From NCBI RefSeq assembly GCF_009914755.1, contig NC_060934.1: a DNA stretch of 64,000 bases; one strand, written 5' to 3'. Source of the stretch: the human T2T-CHM13v2.0 reference genome, Homo sapiens. The position numbers were made by a program, and so were the translations under genes. The notes beneath the pieces were generated by a model. It did no database searches, was not told where the DNA came from, and was given only the letters and a program-made list of their open reading frames with translations. Below are positions 17,604 to 33,429 of the stretch, one piece after another. Each line of letters starts with the position of its first letter. Within the stretch, counting starts at the first letter, position 1.

Positions 17604-18650
17604 CTATAGAAGGGTCAAGTCTACATCCCTCTACCCATCAGCCATTTTGACATCAAAAAAAGTTCCCTAACAATGTCCATAATGCACCCCAGTGGGCAGT
17701 CCTGCCCCTGTGGAAACCACTCTCTATGACTTTAGTACCTGACCCTTGTCATTCTCTGCACCCCAAATCCTGCCATCATCTTGGGTGACATCAATATCCA
17801 TGTAGAAATTGCTTCCAAATGCAGCCTCTGACTTCCTGATCTCTGGTGACCTCCCTCTCTACTTCACTTCAACCATGACATGGCACGCCTGGCCTTTGCC
17901 ATCACTAGGAGCTGATTCACTATGAAAATATTAAATCCAAATTCCCCAGTATGGTATCATTCTCTGATCTTCTTGGATCACTCACTCAGTTATTCTTCCC
18001 ACACCTATGGTCATATAAGGACATTTCACTTCTATGATTTTGTTAATGTCTTCATCTCTCTTACACTTGTCCTTTATCACACTTGCCAATGAAACCACCC
18101 ATCTAAGACCAACCCAATGGCCTCTCTCCATACCCACTGCTGAGCTGAGTGCAGAAAACCCATGCAGCCCCTGGACAGCAGTAACATCACGCATTCCTGG
18201 TCTCCACGCATAAACCAGGACCTTCATGTGCTCCAGCAACCATTTTATGTTTTCCTTATCATCTGGATTTCTTAGATCCCCATGATGGCAATTTCGACTT
18301 TTCTCCAGGCTCCTCTCTACCCACACCTGGGAGCCTCCTGGTCACTTCTCTCTTGTATATCCCTAGAATCAACCACCAAAGGCTGCCAATTTCACCTCCT
18401 AAACATTCTTCAGATCTATCAGATCTATGCTTCCCCATTGCCACTGCTGCCACAATACCCCTGTTTTGCCTCCTGTCCCGAAACAGCCTTTTATCTGCCT
18501 TACATCTGCTGTCCTTCCATATTATCTAGCATCACCTGGCAGCCAGAAAGGTCTTTTCAGGAGTTATTCTGGTCCTGTTGCAACCATGCTTGACATTCTT
18601 GGATATGTAGTTTCCAGTGGGTCTCCCAAAAAAGATTAAAATCTTTACAT

Positions 18651-18960
<310 letters not shown>

Positions 18961-19432
18961 CTAGTCTACAAGGGTCTGTGTGATCTGAACCCTGCCCTGT
19001 CTGCCTGCAACTCTCTCCTTTACTTGAAGCTGAGAGGAATTCTGATCTATCCTTCAGAGCTTGGCTCAAACAGTGCTTCCTCCAGAAAGCCACCCCTGAT
19101 CCTAGAGGATCAGGGTTCCCACTTTCATGTTCCACAGCATCCTGTACATCTCCTTCATAATACTTAAAAATCATAATCAGACAACTAGCCAAAACACTGT
19201 TTAATGGCTGTATCACCCACCAGATAGAGGCACCATGAGGGCAGGAGTATTATATTGTTTACCATCCCCACCAAATAAATCCTTAATAAACATCTGCTGA
19301 ATGAACAAATAAAACATTTAGTGTTGTTATCACCACCTCATGCTCAGCAGAAGACCTCAACTACTTCAGAAAACATAGAGGCCAACACATGGAAATGTTT
19401 TCAAAGTCCTTCCTACAAAGTGATGCATCTAG

Positions 19433-19897
<465 letters not shown>

Positions 19898-20059
19898 TAA
19901 TACAACAAGAACAACAATAAAAGCTCCACATTTCCCTTAACTCTAAATTCTTCTCCAGCCCTTAATTCAACAGCCCTTCATGTTTCCACTTTCACGGGCC
20001 ATGGTGTCTTCCACTCTTGCTAATATCTTCAACTCTTTTACACACTGTCCTTTTATCAC

Positions 20060-20455
20060 ACATTAGTCTGTTCTCACACTGCTATAAAGAATACCTGAGA
20101 CTGGGTTATTTATAAGGAAAAGAGGTTTAATTGGCCCACAGTTCCGCAGGCTGCCTGTGAAGCATGATTCTATCCTCTGCTTGGCTTCTGAGGAGGCCTT
20201 AGGAAACTTACAGTCATGGGGGAAGGTGAAGGGGGAGTGAGGTGTCTCATATGGCGGGAGCAGGAAGAAGGGGAAGAGGGGAGTGCCACACACATTTAAA
20301 CAAACAGATCTTGTGAGAACTCACTATCACGACACAGTACCAAGGGGAAAATCTGCCCCCATAATCTAATCGCTTCCCACCAGGCCCCACCTCCGACACT
20401 GGGGATTACATTTCAACATGAAATTTGGGTGGGGACACAGATCCAAACCCTATCA
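20060..20455 (-). mobile_element. MaLR solo LTR (MST-like)
   Basis: attagtctgttctcacactgctataaagaatacctgagactggg...ggggacacagatccaaaccctatca. Confidence 0.9.
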
Positions 20456-21682
20456 CGTGCCAAGGAAACATCCCATCTAAGATCAACCCATTGGCCCCTC
20501 TCCATACCCACACCTGAACCACAGAGTGCAGAAAACCCACACAGTAGTTCACCCTTCTCTCCACCATCCTGGTTTATGGCCCCGAAACTTCTCACCAGCA
20601 CCTCCCACTTGTCTTATCCTGTGTCCACAGTCAAGTGTAAATTTTTTTACAGGTTTATATAGATTGCACGACGCAAGTTACTATGATCTCTCCTCTTAAT
20701 TCTTGCCACTCCTTCCTTGCACTGTACGCTGCAGCGCCATGAAATTTCTCCTGCTTCCTGAAACGTGGCCACTTCTCCTTGTGTTGGGTCTTCATCACGT
20801 GCTACTTGCTCTTTTATGCACACTCCTGTCTTCTCACCTGACTAATTCTCGCTTGTTGTTTAAGATTCAGCTCAGATGCACCTTAAGGAAATATTCTCTG
20901 ACACTTTACATTTGGGTTAGGTTCCCGAGTTCATGTGTTTCCTGTACTTCCACTTCCAAGGAATTATCACACTGCATTGTACTTGCCTGCTTCCTTGTCT
21001 TGATTGTCTAACAGACCGTGAGTTCTGTGAAAACAGGAATGCCTTCTGCCTTATTCAACAACGGCTTCCCTAGCTGGCAAATTGAAGGCCCTAGTTAGAT
21101 TATTTATTTAAATTATACTCAATAATGATGCTATTATGCAGGTGAAACTTTGTTGAATGAACCAAAGGAGTGTGAGAGAAAGTTAAAAAGTATTTGCCCC
21201 TAGAACGTGTGGATATGAAAATTAGATAATCTGCTCAAGTTAACCAATAGAAGTTGCTGGAATTCACATCTGAACTTGGCTCTTTATCTTAAGATAAAAG
21301 GGGAGGTGATGGATTCACTCTAGGTACAGTGAGTTTACAGAAAGAAAATCTTGCTCCCAAAACTCAGACAAGAGCTGCCATGTAACAGAGAGGACAGGGC
21401 TAGGGTTCCATTGTGAATGTATTCACATCAAGGTAAAACCTGAGACTGCATTGACAGGTGAGACTTCTGAGGGAAAGGGCGAAAGACATAAGTGCTTATT
21501 GGTTGTCTATAATATGTCAGGCACCATGTAGGGGCTTACATATTTACCTACTTTAAAGGTTCAAAAAGTATTCAGAGTAAGTTCTAAAACTCACTTTTTC
21601 AAATAAATAGAGAAAATACAAGGAAAACAAGTGGTGTTGCAATGAAGGTACCTTCTAAGTACAAATAACGCAAACCCAATTA

Positions 21683-22099
<417 letters not shown>

Positions 22100-23089
22100 T
22101 CAAGACAACTAGAACTACAGGAAGGGATGTAAATTCACCATTTCCTTAGAAGGTCTCAGCTCCGGAGTGACTGCTAGAGTGTGAGATACTTTGCCAAGTG
22201 AGATAGGTCTAGCACTTCCTTTCTTATTCTTAAAAATCTCTAACTACAAAAAAAAAAAAAAAATCAACTCTCTAGGGAAAAAAAAACTAGGTATATTTGA
22301 ATTAGTGGGAAAAAATATGCCATCTCTAATGTGATATCCTTAAATTTTGACTATATTCGATTTTGGGCCTAGGTAATATGCTAACTTTATAATCTAACCC
22401 TTACAAGCAAGCTCACGACACCCATGTAGGGTGCCAAGAACATTCAGAGGCAAATGACTTTATTTGGAAAATTTTCCCTAAATTAGGTTATTCTAGGTCA
22501 TCATCTTCAAAGGTAGAAGTATCCTCCCAAGAAAGGTTAAAAATAGAGACATAATTTCAATCATTCTTACTGCCAAATTGTCCAGTGGGCCTACAAACAG
22601 CATTTTCCCAGTCAGGCCCTTGGATCAATCTGCCATCCCCACTGGAGAAGTTCTAGAGTCTCCCCTTGACTTTAAAAGACCACAGCTCAGATGCACCATC
22701 CTGTCCCGTATCCTCTTTCTAGGGTTAGGCCTAAGTTCACAACATTTTTAGTTGTCTGGTTTGTATTTGGAATACAAAATCTATTTACATTCCAAGCAAT
22801 TTAGGGATGCAAACTGAGTTAGGTTTATTCATACGCCTCTGCAATAGGATAGCTTCATTTACCCCTTCGATAAAGAAATTTTTATCACAATTGGTGAAAT
22901 ACACTTACACGGGCACATATAAGTAGATTACTCTGTAGTTCGTTTTCAGCTGAGCTTGCTAATGATAAAGCGAAGAAGAGAACAGAATCTAAACAGCCCA
23001 TCTTTAAATCATAGACAACAGGCTGTGGCATAATTATGATGATGACATAGTGAGTTCTTTTTACATGACAGGCATGTGTGACATGGTTC

Positions 23090-23280
23090 ACATACACTGT
23101 TACTCATCCTCAGAACATCCCTGCAAGAAAGGTATCATTATCCTCATTTTACAGATGAGAACACTGAGACAATGAAAGGTGAGGTAATTTCCCAAAGGTC
23201 ACACATCTGGCATGTGGCTTAGCTGGTGCTCAAAAGCCTGTCTGTCTAACTCAAAAGTCTGCATTCTTTCCACTCTACCT
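23090..23280 (-). mobile_element. MIR
   Basis: attatcctcattttacagatgagaacactgag...cccaaaggtcacacatctgg. Confidence 0.75.
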
Positions 23281-24535
23281 ATGATCTTATGAAAAGAATA
23301 TGCCAATAAAACATGAACTCGGGTAGCTGTTGCTCTGCTGTCTGTTTATGGCTGTGAATTGGAACTTCACGGACTCTCTCATCCCCAGTCCACGCAATCC
23401 ATACTTCGTGATGACTAATTATGCTCCAGGAATAGGCAGAGATTCAGGCTACAAAAAGTGGCAGAAGTCAAATCTGGTGATCTCAAAGCTCACTCTGTGC
23501 AGAATCTCTGAGAAGTCTAATATAAACTGAATGAGGATGATGTGCAGACCAGGCCTGGGCCACAGACACTGGGCATATGTGTTGGATTCTCAATTCAGGA
23601 CTGAGGAAAATCAAACACAAAGATGATATATGTAAGTAAAAGCCAAAAAGGCACATTAAAAATGATTTTGGAGCTTATTAATCTGGAATTCAGGCAGTAA
23701 ACTAAAGTTGGTGTGTCTCTTAGCTTTGAAAAGAATGTTTATAGCCAAACCAGAAATGTAAGTAAGTATTTATCTGCTTCATCTAAAAAATATTTCATAA
23801 GAATTTATAAAACCATGTTGGAAAGGAAGAATAAAGCTGTGTGTATCAATTTGTATTACGTGAAGGTCTTGGGAAAAATGTGTGTCAATTGGATAATTAA
23901 GATAATTAGAAAAGCATAATACTACTTTAAATTCCTTTTTATGCATTTAATTAGTAACTCCTTATTGAAAGTAAGCAAATGTGTTGCATGGTTTTATAAA
24001 AAGTTTCATTCATTTTAACCAAAGTTACGTAGCCCATTTAAGGTGTCGATAAAATGTTAATACAATTTCTATTTAAGATTTTAAATTTAAGAAAACAGTC
24101 ACTGTTAACTACATGCAAAGATTCTTTTATGTTTATCTTAAAAAGGTTAAAAATCTATAGCAAATTCTCAGCTTTAATTTACATAGAAGAAGGTAGACAT
24201 ACATGACACCTTTTCCCCAAATGATCTTGAAATTGGTTGACATTATTGCCTCATTTCATGTAATGTAATTATGAGACGTAGGGTATTTTCATTGTTCTGT
24301 TTCAGATTTTCTTTGTATTCCCCAAATATGTTTAGGTGTTTATGATTTGTAACAAATGTTTATGTATAAAAAACAAAAAGTATATTTTGATTAGAATGCT
24401 AGCACAGTATACTTTCAAAATTAATTCACAGTTGATGCATACAAGTTTTTCATTCTGTAAACATGGTCTCCCCAAATAATCTACTTTTTTAAATCTGATA
24501 CAGACATATACCACAAAAAAAAAAAGAAAGAAACA

Positions 24536-24688
24536 AGCCAGGTGCAGCAGTTTGCACCTGTAATCCCAGTTACTTGGGAGGCTGAGACAGGAAGATCACC
24601 TGAGACCAGGAGTTTGAGTCCAGCCTGGGCAACATAGCAAGATCCTCTCTAAAAAACAAAACAAAAACAAACAAAAAATAAAACAAAG
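24536..24688 (+). mobile_element. Alu monomer (FLAM-like)
   Basis: Single monomer with A-rich tail. Confidence 0.8.
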
Positions 24689-25030
24689 CTAAATGAGTAG
24701 AAAAAGATTTCAGGCAATAACATCAGCGCCTAGAAGCGCACCCAAAACCATACATGCACTGAAAGAATGATTTGAAATACCAGGTATAATGTTCTTATAC
24801 TGACAAAAAAACAAAAAACCTGTTAATGGCCATGGTCTCAGGCGTTGTGTTTTGAACCTTCAATTCTGTACTTATTTACATGTTAGTGCACATTCTGAGC
24901 GAATGAATAAACATTTACTTGAACAGCAATATGTATTACTATTGTGAAAATAATTACTGAAATCAATGAAATGTGGCACATGTGTATATTTTAAATGACA
25001 GTCATAAAGAATAAGCATATGGATGGGCAT

Positions 25031-25345
25031 AATCCTATCACTTAGGAAGGCCGAGGCGGGCGCATCACCTGAGGTCAGGAGTTCCAGACCAGCCTGGCCA
25101 ACATGGTGAAACTCCATCTCTACTAAAAATTTAAAAATTAGCCAGGTGTGGTGCGGGGTGCCTATAATCCCAGCGGAAGAATGGCTCAAACCCAGAAGGC
25201 AGAGGTTGCAGTGAGCCAAGATTGGGAGGGGGAGGGGGAGGGAGGGAGAGGGGAGGGGAAAAGGAAAGGAAAGGAAAGAAAAAGAAAAGAAAGAAGAGAA
25301 AAGAAAAGAAGGAAGGAAGGAAAACAAAAGAAAAGTAAAAAGTGG
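25031..25345 (+). mobile_element. Internally deleted, truncated Alu followed by a polypurine low-complexity tract (25223-25345)
   Basis: Alu body stops at gagccaagatt, then GGGAG/GGAAA/GAAAA repeats. Confidence 0.85.
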
Positions 25346-25589
25346 GAAGCTTATTGAAAGAGCACCATTTTTTCCAGGCAGCTATTTACTCTACGCTTAT
25401 ATAGACTGACTAAAATACTCATCTCACTCTACTTCAAAACTATGACAAGAGTGCAATAAAATTAAGAGGTCAAAATAAAATCATCCCTGAGTGTTCCGTG
25501 GCTAAGTAGACGGGGGCATGAGAAACTGCCTTACTTCAGAGTTTGCTCAGAATGGGGCCACCAAGCTCCCAATTCAAAATCTATCCTGT

Positions 25590-25825
25590 CTGTGTCCCCA
25601 ACTCTCCATTCCCCTTATCCCATTCCACTTTACTTTCTTCCATAGACTTATCGCCTTCTAACAACTGTACAAGTGATTTTATCATTTCTTACTAATTTAT
25701 TATAAATATGGTTTTGGTCCATCTTCTCCCATTAGAACATAAATGGCACAAGGGCAAAAATGTTTGTGTGCTCAGAACAGTGCCTGGCATAGCTGGTACA
25801 CCGTAAAACTCAGTTGAATGAACAG
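25590..25825 (+). mobile_element. L2 3' fragment
   Basis: agaacagtgcctggcatag...gttgaatgaa. Confidence 0.65.
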
Positions 25826-26932
25826 ATTTGTGGTTTATGCCCAGAAATGAAGTCTGAAAATAAATATTTAAGATTGGCCAACGGCATAAAAAGCCAACTG
25901 TGACTCCAGTGAAGATCACATTTACCTTTTACATACAAGGGTTATAATTTTAAATCCATCACATTCTCAGGAATTTCATTATGACTTTCAGTTTTACAGT
26001 TATCTATATAAAATCCTCCAGAGCCAACTCTAATTCTACAAGCCTTCCATCAAAGTGCAACAAAAGATATGAGAATTCTAATAAACACACTAACACATTT
26101 AGTTTTGAGCACTTACTTTGCACTCTGCTTTATGTGGGAGGCTTTGTGTTATGCCACAGTTTTATGAAAAAATAGTGACAGTCTTATAATAAATGCCTGT
26201 TTATTCAAATTACCTCTGCAAGCAGTCTTTGGGCAGCACATAAGATTCAGCACAAAGGAGAGCAGAATAGTACTGATGCTCAAGCTAAAAATGTGAAATA
26301 TACAGAAAGATTTATTATTAGTTTCTCTTGTACCTCCCAGCCAGACAGAACAAGTCGCAAATTGTCTGAATATCCACAAGATGAATTTTTGCTCTTGTTT
26401 TGGCTTAAACGTGAAAAGTGTTTTAGTTGCTTTTTAACACCTAAGTCTTCTCCCTGCTCCCTCCCTCACCCACACACACATTATTTGACTTTATTACTTT
26501 ACTTTTCAAAAAGTTGGGTTTCACTGAAGATAAGACTTGTCATGTAGGAAAATGTATTAAAAGCCTGACATTTGGTTTCAACATACTTTCTAGAAAATGC
26601 TTTTAAATGCAGAAGGAAATTTAACAGAAACTGTCATTGAGATGTTTTGGTGGCTAAAATGAGGCTTAAGAAGAATACATTTTCAAAATGAAGAGAAAAT
26701 TATAATACTTCTGATCACAGCTCAAAGTCCTCCATTATTGTATTTTTGCCATGGTAACAACTTGGTCTATTATTATTTCTTGATCATTAAATATAAGAAT
26801 AAAAACCATATAGCATTATGATAATATAGAAAAATAATATTTTGTATTTTCTCAACAATATTTATGAAACGGTTTCAAAGCAAGTGTCACTTTTCCCAAT
26901 GGCTTTGGAAACACTGGGCAAAAAATTATTCT

Positions 26933-27218
26933 CTTTTTTTTTTTTTTGAGACAGAGTCTTGCTCTGTCACTCAGTGGCACAGTCTCGGCTCAGTGCAACC
27001 TCCAACTCCCAGGTTCAAGTGATTCTCCTGCCTCAGACTCCTAAATACCTGGGACTACAGGTGACTGCCAACACATCTGGCTAATTTTTGTATTTTTAGT
27101 AGAGACGGGTTTCACCATGTTGGCCAGGCTGGTCTTGAATTCCTGACCTCAGGTGATCCACCTGCCTCAGCCTCCCAAAAAGTGCTGGGATTACAGGCAT
27201 GAGCCACTGCACCCAGCC
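26933..27218 (-). mobile_element. AluS
   Basis: Antisense Alu; flanking aaattatt repeat. Confidence 0.93.
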
Positions 27219-27530
27219 AGAAATTATTTCCAAGGAGGACTATGACACTTATACTTTTTCCATCTTCCTACATAAATACACATTGTAGGAGCCAAGGAAA
27301 TAAATTCCTATGTATACAACGTTTCTATAATCATAAACTAAACAGTAAACAGTTAATTCAGGAATAACCCAGAATTTCCAAAATTTGTGTCCATGGCTTC
27401 ATTACCTATTTCAGATGATAAACTTCTAGATAATCTAATAAGTGTTTTAACACTGAGGTTCAAAACCAGTAGAAGCCTACTGATATTTGAACATTTCATG
27501 TTTATCTTATTATGTTTAGTTAATATGTAA

Positions 27531-27647
27531 GTCCTCCTCCTCCTCTTCCTTCTTCTTCCCCTTCTTCTCCTTCTCCTCCTCCTCCTTCTCTCCTTCTCCT
27601 CCTTCCTCCTCCTTCCTTATCCTTCCTCCTCCTCCTCCTTCTTCTTT
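27531..27647. repeat. (CCT/CTT)n polypyrimidine tract at an Alu tail
   Basis: Seen directly. Confidence 0.95.
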
Positions 27648-28060
27648 TAGACTCTGTTGCCCAGCCCAGAATGTGCAGTGGTATAACCACAGCTCTCTGT
27701 AATCTCTAATTCACTGACTCATGCAATCCTCTCATCTCAGCTTCCCAAGTAGCTGGGACTACAGGCACACACCACCTTGCCTGGCTAATTTTATTTTATT
27801 TTGTTTTGTTTTTTATAAAGATGGAGTCTCACTATGTTGCCCAGACTGGGCTTGAACTCCTGGCCTCCAGCACTCTCCCTGCCTCAGCCTCCCTCAGCGC
27901 TGGGAATTCAGGTGTGAGTCACTGCGCTCAGTCTCTTTTTTTATTTTTAGAGACGAGGTTTCACTGTATCTAGCTGGTCTTGAGCTCCTGGGCTCAAGTG
28001 ATCCTTCTGCCTCAGTCTCCCGAACAGCTGAGACCACAGGCATGCACCACTATGCTGGGC
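27648..28060 (-). mobile_element. AluJ-like element plus adjacent Alu monomer
   Basis: Diverged antisense Alu sequence. Confidence 0.85.
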
Positions 28061-28697
28061 AATAAATATTTCTTATTAAAACCATACTAGGTGCATGAAT
28101 TGGCCTGCATCTTTGCACAGATTATTTTGTTTAACCCTCAAAACAAACCTAGAAAGTAGGTGTTTTTATTATCTCAAATTTTCAGATGAATAACTGAAGC
28201 CCAGAGAAAATTTGAATTGTTCCCGTGTCATGTGACTACTGAAGGGCATCACAGGACTGGAAGGCAGCCATCTTGTCCCAGAGGCTCATCTCTCATCTTC
28301 TATATTATCCTGCCTCACAGGATATAAAGAGATGGGGATTTCTCCACGTAACAGGCTCTAAGCTTCTGATACTTCCAATGTGCCATACACATAAGCTGAA
28401 AGGGTTTCTGAGTAAGGAATACAAAGAAGAAAGCAAATAATAGGGAATACTTCTGAAGGACAGTTACATAAAACCGCCTTGGCCATCACCAGATCCCACT
28501 GTACAGTGTCGTGCTGTACACAGGCCACAGTGGGGTAGAGGTGGAATGTTCTGTTAATGACACCAGGGGGCTGAAATTTCCAAGCCTCCAGCTGTACAGG
28601 CATTCTTGATTCTGGAAAGTTTCTAGATCTTTTCTTTAGTAGAACTATTACTAAGAAGTTTGCATTAATATACCATGCTTACATGATTTTCTTCCTC

Positions 28698-29068
<371 letters not shown>

Positions 29069-29589
29069 TGACAAAAAGAATAAAATGAATATTCTCCATT
29101 AAGTCTGTTCTGTTATAATCCAATTGTCACAGATTTAAGAAATACTGCCTTATACCAGCAATTGCTCCAAAATAGGAAAAGAACGTGTTAGGGGCTAAAG
29201 AGTTTCACATAAAGTTAATTTTCCTAGAGGAATTTCAGACTAAAGGCTAATAATCATAACAAATCTGTTGATCAAAACAGACAAGCCAAAACCTGAAATA
29301 TTGCTGAGCAAATCCTGAACAGCAGAAAGATTAAGAGGAAACCAAAAGTTTCTAAGCCATCATTATAAGGCATACATGAGAAAGCACAAAACTGAAATAC
29401 AATGCCAAGAAAAGTAGAAAATCAAAATAAATGGCAGCCAATTCACAATCACTAACCAAAGAAGGCAATGGCAACTGAACCCATTCAAACAGAGCAACAA
29501 GGCTTCTCCCTGTGTGCACAGCACCAGACCTCACAGCATCTGCATCTGAACCAGCAGCAATAGGGGAAAAGCAAAATGTACCCTAATTA

Positions 29590-29730
29590 ATCAGGCCAGC
29601 AGCAACAGCATCATCTGGGAGCTTGTTAGAAATGCAGGCTCTCTGACCCCACCTCAGGCTACCAGATTAGAAACTGCATCTTAACAAGACCTCCAGGTGA
29701 CCAGAATGCATGTTAAATCTGACAAGCCCT
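29590..29730. mobile_element. MER5A-like hAT-Charlie element
   Basis: cagcatcatctgggagcttgttagaaatgcag...ttaacaagacctccaggtga. Confidence 0.8.
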
Positions 29731-30339
29731 GGAATAGGGTCTGGAGGTCAGAGGAGAAGGGCAGGAGCTCCTCCCTCTGTATATTCTCCAAGACTACCTC
29801 TATCTATGGCAATCAAAAAACTATTGAGAGACAATCTCTGAACTCTGAAGGCAGTAGACAGATTATGAATATAACCTTTCGTGGTAAGTGGAAGACTTAT
29901 CCCAGGTTGACCATGGGAAATGTGAACAAATTTGAGAGGGAAAGACCAGGAAAATCAGCACTTTAGGAATTTATTGAAAAATTTTAAGGAGCAGGGCAGT
30001 GAAATAGTAATGACAGGTGCAGTAAGAAACCCTGCCTAGACAGTGTGCAGAATTAGCGTGTAGGAAAGAGAGAGGTGAGCCCACCAAGCCTATTGAACTG
30101 ACCTAGGGAGACCTACATTGGAAACTCAAGTTGTAGACGTGGGCAGGATTCAAGTGAACATAAACGCTTTCACTAGACTCACATCTAAACTTTCACAAAG
30201 CAAGGAGGTATCTGTCAGGAAAATGAATGAACAGTCCTTTAATCAAGGAGATTTTTTAAAAAGTAAGATATTTAGATCCAGCACAGTGTCAAGTACTGCC
30301 CTAATTTTAAGATTGGAAGCCATATTCTACAGTAAGATA

Positions 30340-30505
30340 AGAAGTAGGGTTCTGGTGTCCACCTGCTGGGGTCTGAATCGGTTCTGTAACTTAATGCTTC
30401 AGGATCTTAGACAAGTTACCTACTTCTCTCTGTGCTTCAGTTTCTTCATCTGTAAAACAGGGAATAATAAGAGTATTTACCATGTAGTCATGATGAGGAC
30501 TGAAG
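30340..30505 (+). mobile_element. MIR
   Basis: ttctctctgtgcttcagtttcttcatctgtaaaacagggaataata. Confidence 0.75.
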
Positions 30506-31047
30506 GAATACACTCATAGCTCTTAGTTACTGTTATTATATAGCATGGAGGAAGGACAGGACCCTCTTAAAAACAAGTTAAAATTTAAAAACTTGCTTGA
30601 GACTGTTTGAAAGGAGTTGGGAACAGCAGAGGGTAGTGAAACATGACAGTTAGATCTTAGTAGCAGAGAAACCTAAGAAGTTCAAACAGATATTTTGGTT
30701 GTCATTGAAGCAATGCAATTAATTATTTACTTAAGGCCTGGAAATCTATAGAGAATGAGGAAACACTCATTGGCAGAAGCACCTATCAAAGGCAATATAA
30801 ACGTTCACTGACTGTGCCACTTGGGAGCATCAGTATTTAGCATCTCCAGTTTAGGACTATGTCGAGGGAATATCCCTGTTGGAAGACAAAGGGGAAATCT
30901 CTGAGAATCAGGAATCAAACTTAAGGAATTTCAAACAGGAGACAGAAACAGCAGTCATTGCAATAGGATTGATATCACAGGGCTAGAAAAAAAAGGCTTT
31001 AGGATTCTGCTGGGAATTAAAAAATAAAGTGAGAAAAGGGAGGGGAC

Positions 31048-31505
31048 CAACCCAAATACCCATCAATAATACACTGGATAAAGACAATGTGGCACATATA
31101 CACCATGGAATACTATGCAGCCATAAAAAAGGATGAGTTCATGTCCTTTGCAGAGACATGGATGAAGTTGGAAACCATCATTCTCAGCAAACTAACACAG
31201 GAACAGAAAACCAAACACCGCATGTTCTCACTTATAAGTGGAAGTTGAACAATGAGAACACATGGACACAGAGAGGGGAACATCACACATCAGGGCCTGC
31301 GGGGTGGGGGCAAGGGGAGGGAGAGCATTAGGACAAATACCTAATACATGCAGGGCTTAAAACCTAGATGACGGGTTGATGGGTGCAGCAAACCACCATA
31401 TGGCACATGTATACCTATGTAACAAACCTGCATATTCTGTACATGTATCCCAGAATTTAAAGGAAAGTAAAGAAAGAAAGAAGAGAAAACAATGAAAGAA
31501 AAAAA
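31048..31505 (+). mobile_element. L1PA-family 3' end fragment
   Basis: atggaatactatgcagccataaaaaaggatgagttcatgtcctttgca...aacaaacctgcatattctgtacatgtatcccaga plus A-rich tail. Confidence 0.92.
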
Positions 31506-32139
31506 GCAAAGCACTTGGCCCCAAAACAGAGTCCACATTCAATTCAGAATTCGGGTACCAGGAACCCAAAGGCCAAAGGGGAAACAGGGCAACTGAAGTG
31601 CATACAATTAATCTCTTTACTGATGATTTCAGCCAGATGAATTTTAGTGCAATCAGTGATCACGGATCAGGACAATTAGCATTCAGACAGGAGAAGCGAA
31701 AATACCTCAGGTCATTCTATGATTTTTGGCTGACAATAGAATGTGGTGATATATAATTCTGGGAGCATTATTTTGCCTCAAAAGGTAGCTGGAATGATGC
31801 TGTGATATTCTTTTGTCCTGACGACCGTTTCAACTGCTGACCAGTAGGGCTGGGGTTCCATTACACAGTTTTGAGGAGGCTGATTAAGGCACACCCATGA
31901 AGAAAGGCCAAGTTGTGTCAGAGGAGTTTAAAGCTTCAGAGAGTTCCAGATCCACTATATCGGGGAAAGCCCACCAGAGTCTATCCCCCGCTGAATACAG
32001 CCCAAACCTCTGGACAGCGCACAAAAGGCAACAACCTAGGGACTCTGAAAGGCAAACAAAACCAGGCAGAGTGTAGATGGAGTCAAATCTGGAGAGGTGG
32101 CCTCCAAGATAATGAAGTTTCCCATTTTATTTTTCCCTC

Positions 32140-32547
32140 TAGCTATAGTCTCGATGTTTGTCCCCCCAAATTGCATGTTGAAATTTGATCCCAGCATTGG
32201 AAGTGGGGCCCAAGGAGAGGTGTTTGGGTCATAAGAGCAGATCCCTCATGAATAGATTAATGCCCTCCCTGGCGTGAGGCAGTGAGTGAGTTTTCACTCT
32301 ATTTGTCCCCCAAGAAAGCTGGTTGTTAAAAACAGCCTGACATCCCACCACTCCTGCTTCCTCTCTCTCCACGTGATCTCTGCACACACAGGATTCCCTT
32401 CGCCTTCCACAAGTCAAAGCAGCATGAGGCCCTCGCCAGATGCCCAAACTTCCAGCTATTAGAACCATCAGCCAAACAAATCATTTTTCTTTATGAATTA
32501 CCCAATCTCAGGTATTCCTTTACAGCAACACACAACAGACTAACACA
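32140..32547 (+). mobile_element. MaLR solo LTR (older MST-like)
   Basis: gctatagtctcgatgtttgtccccccaaa...tcaggtattcctttacagcaacacacaacagactaacaca. Confidence 0.85.
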
Positions 32548-32551
32548 TGCC

Positions 32552-33082
<531 letters not shown>

Positions 33083-33429
33083 TAAATTCTTCCTCCTCCT
33101 CCTTGAGGAGGCTCAGTATAAATGAATTAGGAGATGTGGACATTATTAATAAAGGAAATTTTGAATTTCTTTTGAAGTATGTGAATATGTGTTTCAAAAT
33201 AATGCAAACAATCTTAATATGTAATGATGCTAGTGTTCACTTCCAGGACCTACAGATGTGAGAAATTGCATCATTTCCCATGAGTCACCCACCATTTCTC
33301 AATGAACAGCATGGGTTGTAACCTTTCAAAGGACTCCATCTTACTAAGATGGGGTAATTCTCAGGTTCTCCATTGATTCTCATTTCCATAAGTATCATCA
33401 CGAGTTTATAAAAGAACAATTAACAAGAG

